A stretch of DNA of 64,000 bases, taken from Bacillota bacterium. GTDB lineage: Bacteria > Bacillota > Proteinivoracia > UBA4975. The position numbers were made by a program, and so were the translations under genes. Position 1 is the first letter of the stretch; each line of letters starts with the position of its first letter. The notes under the pieces are model-generated. The model was not told the DNA's origin, made no database searches, and was given only the letters and a program-made list of their open reading frames with translations. Where the stretch lies: positions 235,081-299,080 of the forward strand of contig JBMNFF010000003.1 of the NCBI GenBank assembly GCA_050949165.1. The letters run 5' to 3'. Positions 27,840 to 34,940 of this stretch are shown here, piece by piece.

Positions 27840-28149
27840 TCAGCCAGTCAACCTCATAGGTGAGTTGACCGACCTTACGCTCAAGCTGGGCTACCATATT
27901 CTCCTTTTCTATTAGCTCCTTTTCGGCTGCGGAGGGTCCTTTCTTAAACACTCCTGGAGCTCGTTCTAGGAACTCATTTTTCCAGCGTCCGATGACTACA
28001 GGGCTTATGCCATACTTAGCCCCAATCTCGCTAATTGTAGAGGCCTCTTGGAGCACCTCCAAAACTACCTTGCATTTGAACTCTGCTGAATACTGATTTC
28101 GCTTTTTCATGTCTCTAGTATAACTTACTTTTGAAATTTCGTGTCTCAC
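27787..28149 (-). CDS. IS3-family OrfA (HTH/leucine-zipper transposase subunit)
   Basis: 120 aa, YSAEFKCKVVLEVL...ISEIGAKYGISPVVIGRWKNEF, typical IS3/IS911 OrfA. Confidence 0.85.
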   Translation of the reverse strand: MRHEISKVSYTRDMKKRNQYSAEFKCKVVLEVLQEASTISEIGAKYGISPVVIGRWKNEFLERAPGVFKKGPSAAEKELIEKENMVAQLERKVGQLTYEVDWLKKKSEEIIGPSWKKKSR

Positions 28150-28181
28150 CCTATGGGAGCATTATAACTGACCTCCTTCAT

Positions 28182-28216
28182 AAAAAAATTGGCTTACTTC
28201 TTTAAGTAAACCAATT
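28182..28216 (-). terminator. Rho-independent terminator of the pucR-like gene
   Basis: On the minus strand: AATTGGTTTACTT-AAAG-AAGTAAGCCAATT followed by a U7 run. Confidence 0.55.
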
Positions 28217-28272
28217 AGCTAAATAGCCTATTAAAACCTTTATGACCTTTTCACAAAGCAAAGCCCAATAAG

Positions 28273-29952
28273 TTATAATGTTTTTGCTTCCGACAATAAA
28301 TCCCCCAATATTATTGCTAGCTGAAGATTAAACCTATCATTGCTATCCCCAAGACTTAATCCTGTTATCTCCTGAATTTTATTAAGCCGGTAAACAATAG
28401 TATTGTAATGGGAAAAAATGGTCTTTGCTACCTTGCTGACGTTACCGTTACATTGAAAATATACCCGTATAGTATTGGTAAGTTCGGAGTTTGTAGCTTG
28501 GTCATGTTGTATTAGGGGCATATAGATTTCGTTGACAATCTTATTTGCTTCTTTTAAATTACTACTGTTCAGAAGCCTTAACACTCCTAAATCATCGTAG
28601 CATAGTATTCCATTTTTACTGTCAAACTGCCTTATTACCTCAAGGGCCTTCTTGGCTTCAAGATAGCTCTTAGGAATTTGGGTTACAGGTTCCCTGAACC
28701 TGCCTATCCCGGCGGAACAAGTATGCTTAGTAATTCTACCAAACATCTTTCGTACTCTGCCTGCAACATCCATAGCTAATTTATGGTTCTCCCGATTTCC
28801 AGAGTCATGTTCTGCTCTAAGCAAAAGAACAAAACGGCCGCCCCTTTCACCAATAATAAAATAAGTACAGCAACCGCTGGCGACCTGTTCAATACACTCG
28901 TAAAGGCGGTTTTTCAAGTAGGATATACTCGACTTGCTTTTTGTATCCTGTTGCCAGAGTTTCTGATAGTCGTCAATTTCAAATACGATTAGCATAAAAT
29001 GATACCTTAACTCTAGCCCCACAAGCTCTCCCCGGGAAACTAGCTCAATTTCAGACGTAATTTTGCCGCTTACCCAATCAAAGATAAACTCATTTTTATA
29101 TTTTTTTTCCACCTCGGTTAATGCAAATTGGTTTATCAAAGTTAAAGCAGCGACGGTAGCGGCCTGCTCCATGGCAATGAAATCTGTTTCGTGCAAAACT
29201 CGATTAATCTCAATTATTATGATGGTTCCATGCCACTTGCCGGAAATATGAATAGGGTATTTAATAATGTTAAATTTCTTGCCATCGAGGGTTAAAATTT
29301 CTTTGGACATTGAGCTTGAGTAATATCCTTGACCTGTTTTCATTACTTCAATCAAATCGTCCCTGACATAAGCGACCTGACTTAACGGAGCCTCGCCAAG
29401 AATTTTTGAATCCGTTCCCACAATAAAAACCACATTATCGGTAATTTCGAATAAACTTTCGCAAATGGCAGGAATACCTCCGCCTTCCAAAGCCACTTTC
29501 ATTAGCTTTTGGTGAGCTGCAATTGAACGCCTTAAAATAGCCGCCTGCCTGTTTACTAAAGCACTATACACCGTTTCTAATATTATGGGGTGAGAAAGAT
29601 GCTGAGGCATTTCTAATAGGGGAAAATCATTCACGTCTGCAGCATCTATCATCACCTGAGGAACTTCTTCCAGATATCGTTTAGTTTTTATAACCAACCC
29701 AGCAAGGCCTTTTTCTGTTAAAGCAGGAATTAAACTTTCTTGCGCCACGGGATCATCCTTGATTGAAAAGGCTGTAGTTAACAATAACTGCCCTTCCTTA
29801 ACCCAAGGTATAATATCCGGCACTTCCATAACATTAACACTTAGTATAGGCCGGTCTAAGCCATTTTCTCCACCAAGTACTATTAGATCTTTCAATGAAT
29901 CCATCTGCAGGGCTTTTCTTACTGTGATCCCGAGAAGTCTACGGCTTTCCAT
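28273..29952 (-). CDS. PucR-family transcriptional regulator
   Basis: 559 aa. N-terminal PucR-like purine-catabolism regulator domain and C-terminal PucR HTH (NVSKVAKTIFSHYNTIVYRLNKIQEITG). Confidence 0.85.
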   Translation of the reverse strand: MESRRLLGITVRKALQMDSLKDLIVLGGENGLDRPILSVNVMEVPDIIPWVKEGQLLLTTAFSIKDDPVAQESLIPALTEKGLAGLVIKTKRYLEEVPQVMIDAADVNDFPLLEMPQHLSHPIILETVYSALVNRQAAILRRSIAAHQKLMKVALEGGGIPAICESLFEITDNVVFIVGTDSKILGEAPLSQVAYVRDDLIEVMKTGQGYYSSSMSKEILTLDGKKFNIIKYPIHISGKWHGTIIIIEINRVLHETDFIAMEQAATVAALTLINQFALTEVEKKYKNEFIFDWVSGKITSEIELVSRGELVGLELRYHFMLIVFEIDDYQKLWQQDTKSKSSISYLKNRLYECIEQVASGCCTYFIIGERGGRFVLLLRAEHDSGNRENHKLAMDVAGRVRKMFGRITKHTCSAGIGRFREPVTQIPKSYLEAKKALEVIRQFDSKNGILCYDDLGVLRLLNSSNLKEANKIVNEIYMPLIQHDQATNSELTNTIRVYFQCNGNVSKVAKTIFSHYNTIVYRLNKIQEITGLSLGDSNDRFNLQLAIILGDLLSEAKTL

Positions 29953-30978
29953 GAATAAGCCTCCCTATATTAAAGTTAGTGTCAAGTTTTGTTCGCAAAA
30001 TCCATCTGCACGCCGTAAATGGATTATGCCACCTGCATTCGATCTTCCTTTGTTAACTGGATAATATCTGGCTTTATATAACATCTCCCTGACGACCAAT
30101 CCTCGGCATATTCAATCAGGTATGTCGTAACAAGACGGATATAAGAATCCATGCTTGGAAAGATGCCAACAACAGATGTCCGCCGACGAATCTCCCTGTT
30201 AAGCCGCTCTAACATGTTCGTTGAGGATATCTTCCTAGCATCTAGCCGGTTAAAATTGTAGAACTGCAAAGAGTCTTCCAAGCCAGATTCAAGAACTTCT
30301 ACTGCTCCAGGGTATTGGTTTTCGTAGGTGTCCATCAATGCATTGGCGTATTTCTTAGCACTTTCAAGATCCGGCTGCAACCAGATTTGCTTCAACCTAT
30401 CAGCAAAAGCTGCTTTGCCTTTGGCGGGCAGGTGAGCCAAGATGTTACGCATGAAGTGCACTTTACAACGCTGCCAACTGCAACCGATAAATGACGTCTG
30501 AACAGCTTTTACCAACCCTTTGTGAGCATCGGACACTACCAGCCATGTATCTTTGAGGCCCCTGTCCTTTAGCCTCTGGAACAGCTCCCTGTAGGTAGCC
30601 TCAGACTCATCCTGCATCGGCTCAATGGCTAATATGTCGCGCCTGCCGCTTTCATCAAGCCCGACAACTACAAGGACTGCCATGTTCTTCACGTGCCGGT
30701 CGTACCTAATCTTCTCGTATAATGCATCAACCCATAGGACAGGATACGTCTTTTTCAACGGACGTTTCCGGAAAGCTTCCACCTGATCGTTTAATTCCCT
30801 TGTGATTTGAGAAACCTGGCTTCGGGAGATTGAGTCGATGCCAAGGCTCTTGGCCAGCTTCTCAATCTTGCGGGTGGAAACTCCGTTAACATAGGCCTCC
30901 TGGATAACATTCATAAGGGCAACTTCTGATCGTTTCTTTTCAGTTACGAAGAAGGGAATGTTATAATGCTCCCATAGG

Positions 30979-31341
30979 GTGAGACACGAAATTTCAAAAG
31001 TAAGTTATACTAGAGACATGAAAAAGCGAAATCAGTATTCAGCAGAGTTCAAATGCAAGGTAGTTTTGGAGGTGCTCCAAGAGGCCTCTACAATTAGCGA
31101 GATTGGGGCTAAGTATGGCATAAGCCCTGTAGTCATCGGACGCTGGAAAAATGAGTTCCTAGAACGAGCTCCAGGAGTGTTTAAGAAAGGACCCTCCGCA
31201 GCCGAAAAGGAGCTAATAGAAAAGGAGAATATGGTAGCCCAGCTTGAGCGTAAGGTCGGTCAACTCACCTATGAGGTTGACTGGCTGAAAAAAAAATCTG
31301 AGGAAATCATCGGACCCAGCTGGAAGAAAAAGTCTCGTTGA
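30979..31341 (+). CDS. IS3-family OrfA
   Basis: Translation identical to 27787-28149. Confidence 0.85.
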   Translation: MRHEISKVSYTRDMKKRNQYSAEFKCKVVLEVLQEASTISEIGAKYGISPVVIGRWKNEFLERAPGVFKKGPSAAEKELIEKENMVAQLERKVGQLTYEVDWLKKKSEEIIGPSWKKKSR

Positions 31342-32155
31342 TACCGACTTCCCTATTACCATCAAGCGCCAGGCAGAGCTCCTAGGGATTAACCGTACCA
31401 GCTTTTATCGCCAGGCTCGCCCTAAAACCATTAGTGCTGAGGATTTGCATATAATGCGAAGGATCGACGAGCTCCATACTGCCTATCCTACATGGGGGTA
31501 TCGCACTATCACGAGGATTCTGAGGAGGGATGACCACCTAAAGATTAACCGCAAAAAGGTGCGCCGGATGATGCGCGCCATGGGTATCTACACCATTTTT
31601 CCTAAGCCAAATCTGAGCAAGCGGTACCACGCCCAATATGTTCAGCCATATCTTCTAAGAAACCTGGACATCAACCGTGCAGACCAGGTGTGGGGGGTAG
31701 ATATCACCTATGTCCCCATTAAAAATGGCTTTATGTACTTATTTGTGATAATCGACTGGTATAGCCGGTGCATAGTAGACTTCGAGCTATCCAGCACCTT
31801 GGAGAAGAGCTTTGTCATGACCTGCTTAAAACGCGCCTTTAGGACCAGGCGGCCAGAGATAATGAACAGTGATCAGGGGTCACATTTCACCAACCCAGAC
31901 TATCTGAGCCTGCTCGAGGCAAACGGGATTAAAATCTCGATGGATGGAAAGGGACAAGCCCTAGACAACGTAAGGACAGAAAGGGTGTTCCGGACAATCA
32001 AATATGATTGCGTTTACATCAATGAATTTAATAGCCCCAGAGAGCTCAGGATCGCCCTCAATGATTACATACACACATACAACACCTACCGGCCCCATTC
32101 ATCGATTAATGGTTTTTGCCCCGCGGAAGTTTACAATGGCAGCATGGCTGCCTGA
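31289..32155 (+). CDS. IS3-family OrfB (rve DDE core), +1 frame relative to orfA
   Basis: The frame opens at 31289, right at the A9 run (31288-31296). The upstream part reads ...FPITIKRQAELLGINRTSFYRQ, an HTH typical of OrfB N-termini. Confidence 0.8.
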   Translation, partial: KKNLRKSSDPAGRKSLVDTDFPITIKRQAELLGINRTSFYRQARPKTISAEDLHIMRRIDELHTAYPTWGYRTITRILRRDDHLKINRKKVRRMMRAMGIYTIFPKPNLSKRYHAQYVQPYLLRNLDINRADQVWGVDITYVPIKNGFMYLFVIIDWYSRCIVDFELSSTLEKSFVMTCLKRAFRTRRPEIMNSDQGSHFTNPDYLSLLEANGIKISMDGKGQALDNVRTERVFRTIKYDCVYINEFNSPRELRIALNDYIHTYNTYRPHSSINGFCPAEVYNGSMAA

Positions 32156-32645
32156 AAATTCAAATGTAGAAAGGAGGACAACTTACAAAATAAATTTTGT
32201 GTCTTGACAACGGGGAGCATTATATGTAGCCGCCTTTGCGCAACTTAGGGACAAACAAATACAGGGTCCCCATTCTAGTGTCGAACCGGCGGACACGGTA
32301 CCCGGAGCGGTATCCGGACCTTTCTGAGTTACGCTCTGACTTGGAAGCATTGACCTTAGATGTTACTTCGGCTTCCATAAGTTGCTCGCACAGCCACTTC
32401 AGCATCGAGAGCATTGGGTCTTCTTCTGACATGAATTGCAATAGCATTTTCTCGAAGTTTCCAGTAGAATAAGAGTAAGCCATCGGTAACAACTCCTTTT
32501 GGTTTGCTCGTCACATACCATTTCGGGGTTGCCGATGGTTTTTCCTTTTTACTTTTGCGAACTTAATTGTACACTATCTATATTAAATCAGCAATATCAC
32601 ATATGATAATACTTCAACGCGTTAAACATTAAATCCTCTATAATA

Positions 32646-33581
32646 TTACTCCTTGACTATCCTAGTCCCATCTAGTCCCTGAAGGGCCAAGTTTAACTTA
32701 TCCAGAGAAGTAATAATTGCGGTGCCGCTGGCGTTTTTTACGAAATTTACTGCAGCGCGGATTTTGGGCCCCATGCTCCCAATGCCAAACTGACCTTCTT
32801 CTAAATATATTATGGCGTCCTTCACTGATAGACAATCTAAATTCTTTTGCTCAGGCGCGCCATAATTCAAAGCAACCTTATTTACATCGGTAAGGATTAA
32901 AAAAAAGTCTGCATCTATATCGCAAGCCAACCGACTGGCAACAAAGTCTTTATCTATTACCGCTTCTATACCTTCAAGCTCCCCATTTTTTTCGATAACA
33001 GGGATGCCGCCTCCACCACCCGCGACAACCAGCCCACCAGAATTCGTTAGCACCTTGATCATTTCTAATTCAATAATTTCAATTGGTTCAGGTGAAGGAA
33101 CTATTCGCCGCCAGCCTCGGCCGCTATCTTCCATCCAAGACTCTCCGTCAGCTATCTTTTGTTCGGCATGATCTTTATCAAAAAAAGGGCCAATTGGCTT
33201 GGTTGGATGGTCAAAAGCCAAGTCGTTTGAATCAACTCTTACCCGGGTTATTATAGTTACAACCGGTATATCTATCCCAATTTTATTGATGTGGTTATCC
33301 AGGCAATTTTGGATCATGTACCCGATTTGCCCTTGAGTTTGGGCACCGCACACATCCAGCGGTTGCGCAGGAACTTGTCCCTTAGCAGCCTCATGCTGTA
33401 TAAGGACATTCCCTACTTGAGGACCGTTGCCGTGGGTAACAATTACTCTATGCCCTTCTCTCAATAGGTTGACTATAGAGTTTGCTGTTAGCTCTATGTT
33501 GGCAATCTGCTCTTGATAAGTTCCCTTTTGCCCAGGGCGAAGAATGGCATTACCCCCTAATGCCACAACAATTAACGACAT
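32646..33581 (-). CDS. arcC: Carbamate kinase
   Basis: VVALGGNAI, VTHGNGPQVG, and a length of 311 aa. Confidence 0.9.
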   Translation of the reverse strand: MSLIVVALGGNAILRPGQKGTYQEQIANIELTANSIVNLLREGHRVIVTHGNGPQVGNVLIQHEAAKGQVPAQPLDVCGAQTQGQIGYMIQNCLDNHINKIGIDIPVVTIITRVRVDSNDLAFDHPTKPIGPFFDKDHAEQKIADGESWMEDSGRGWRRIVPSPEPIEIIELEMIKVLTNSGGLVVAGGGGGIPVIEKNGELEGIEAVIDKDFVASRLACDIDADFFLILTDVNKVALNYGAPEQKNLDCLSVKDAIIYLEEGQFGIGSMGPKIRAAVNFVKNASGTAIITSLDKLNLALQGLDGTRIVKE

Positions 33582-33603
33582 AAGTCATCACTCCTTATTA
33601 TTT

Positions 33604-33758
33604 GGGGCTGTCGCAAAACGAGGTATTCATGTATATTACCTCGCATAATCGCTGTGGGTGGGGGCCGATAGGCCCCTACAGCTTGGCGGGTTTTCCCGCG
33701 GCGCACAAGATTGACCAACCGAGGCAATATGGCAGAATGTCAGTTTTGCGACGGCCCC
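33604..33758. mobile_element. 155-bp MITE with terminal inverted repeats matching the IS1182 element end
   Basis: GGGGCTGTCGCAAAAC ... GTTTTGCGACGGCCCC. The first 17 nt are identical to the IS1182 end at 4153/36802. No coding capacity. Confidence 0.65.
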
Positions 33759-33760
33759 TT

Positions 33761-34597
33761 TTAAACATCCATTGTCCTTGAAATATTTAAGTAGTGCGAA
33801 TGAGCGCCGATAAGAACGCCAAGAAGCAGATCACTTCCAGAAGTTGAACCAACACCATTAATCACCCTTCGACAAGCAGTTTCCAGCGCTGCCGGATTGT
33901 CCAACTGTACCAAGACATTGTCGAGGAGCTCCTGGACAAGTCCCAAACATGCAAAATAAATAGAAGTTGCGCTAAGAATTGTGCTTTCAGCCAAGGCTTT
34001 AGCTATCAGATTGTCACACCACTCCATATTTAAAACACCAAGTCTTCGCATTAGGGCGCAGTAACCTGTTAGAATATCGTCACCTGCCGGGGTAAACCCA
34101 AAACCAAGCCCGATTAGATTGTACCCTGCTTGGGGATTATTAATAAGCGACCGCGCAGCCAATGCAACTTTTTGCGTGATAAGCTCCCCTTTGTCCAAAC
34201 CTAAAAAGGTTAAGCAAGCCCCACTCCCCCACGATAAAGTTCTCTGCAGAACCTCAATAGTGGTATCAACCAATAATGGGGTGCCCGAAAATTCATCATT
34301 CGACGGACTGAAGTAAATTGTTGTATCTTGAAAGAAGCATCTTCCTTCCCTGACCTCGACAATATCGCCAGGGTGTAACCTAATCCTCTCCATGGCCCCG
34401 GGAGGCAGAATAACTCTATTGGGAGCAGAATCTAGACCCGCGTCAACAAGGCTTAAACAAAGCCCTTCTGGCATTCGTACATTAATAGCACGGCTAAAAA
34501 CAGTATCAACGACTCCAGGTCCCTTTAATAAGGTACCCGGAGCACAGCCGCATCGTTCTGCCCAAAGGTTTATGACCATCACCCCTCTCCTACTCAA
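33761..34597 (-). CDS. DUF2877 (YlbF-like) protein
   Basis: Size of about 270 aa, GLGFGFTPAGDDILTG segment, and genomic association with fdrA, DUF1116 and carbamate kinase. Confidence 0.65.
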   Translation of the reverse strand: MSRRGVMVINLWAERCGCAPGTLLKGPGVVDTVFSRAINVRMPEGLCLSLVDAGLDSAPNRVILPPGAMERIRLHPGDIVEVREGRCFFQDTTIYFSPSNDEFSGTPLLVDTTIEVLQRTLSWGSGACLTFLGLDKGELITQKVALAARSLINNPQAGYNLIGLGFGFTPAGDDILTGYCALMRRLGVLNMEWCDNLIAKALAESTILSATSIYFACLGLVQELLDNVLVQLDNPAALETACRRVINGVGSTSGSDLLLGVLIGAHSHYLNISRTMDV

Positions 34598-34752
34598 GAC
34601 TATTTATATCTACTTGACTTGTTCTCCTTTGTTAACCATCGCCAAAAGATCTAATAACTGTTTAACAATAATCACATCATGAATCGGTAATAACCAAATT
34701 CAATGGATATGTTATAATTAGGTCAGGTATTTTTTGAAACGGAGGAGAGGAC

Positions 34753-34938
34753 ATGAATAAATCCGTTGCGCTGGCGCCCATGCTCTTATTATTGGCGCCG
34801 GGAATGTATATCGGCACGAAGTTGGCGAGCCGTAATTTCCGCCTTTATTATCCAATCTTTGCGGTCCTCATGGTTGCCCTGTTGATTAACATAGTTATGA
34901 TGGTTTGGCATCGTAAAAAGCAAAAGCAGAACAAATAA
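34753..34938 (+). CDS. Small membrane protein (61 aa), hypothetical
   Basis: Two hydrophobic helices and a Lys-rich tail. Preceded by GGAGGAG and an extended -10 (TGtTATAAT, 34710-34718). Confidence 0.35.
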   Translation: MNKSVALAPMLLLLAPGMYIGTKLASRNFRLYYPIFAVLMVALLINIVMMVWHRKKQKQNK

Positions 34939-34940
34939 AA

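Larger units (their letters stand above)
26904..28166 (-). mobile_element. IS3-family insertion sequence, copy 1 (1263 bp)
   Basis: Terminal inverted repeats TATAATGCTCCC. 3-bp direct duplication ACT at 26901-26903 and 28167-28169. Effectively identical to copy 2. Confidence 0.9.
30962..32224 (+). mobile_element. IS3-family insertion sequence, copy 2 (1263 bp), nested in IS256
   Basis: Same terminal inverted repeats as copy 1. 3-bp duplication TGT at 30959-30961 and 32225-32227. Confidence 0.9.
30024..32483 (-). pseudogene. IS256-family (mutator-type) transposase gene split by IS3 copy 2
   Basis: The N-terminal piece ends ...FVPKLRKGGY(I) at 32225. The C-terminal piece resumes (I)PFFVTEKKRSEVALMNVIQEAYVNGVSTRKIE at 30961. 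They join in frame once the IS3 and one TGT are removed. Confidence 0.85.
29975..32577 (-). mobile_element. IS256-family insertion sequence (about 1337 bp without the nested IS3)
   Basis: Imperfect terminal inverted repeats (GTTAGTGTCAAGTTTTGTTCGCAAAA vs ATAGTGTACAATTAAGTTCGCAAAAG). Flanked by the direct repeat CTATATTAAA at 29965-29974 and 32578-32587. Confidence 0.8.

Noticed and set aside
32004-32207. A 67-aa ORF inside each IS3 copy (also 26921-27124)
   Set aside because: It is an alternative frame overlapping the 3' end of orfB. The single difference between copies is non-synonymous here but synonymous in orfB, which argues that orfB is the selected frame.
15642-34940. Prophage, integrative element or defence island interpretation of the AT-rich block
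   Set aside because: I could recognise no integrase or recombinase other than the IS transposases. There is no tRNA or att-like boundary, no phage structural genes and no restriction, CRISPR, toxin-antitoxin or nuclease/helicase genes. The content is coherently catabolic.
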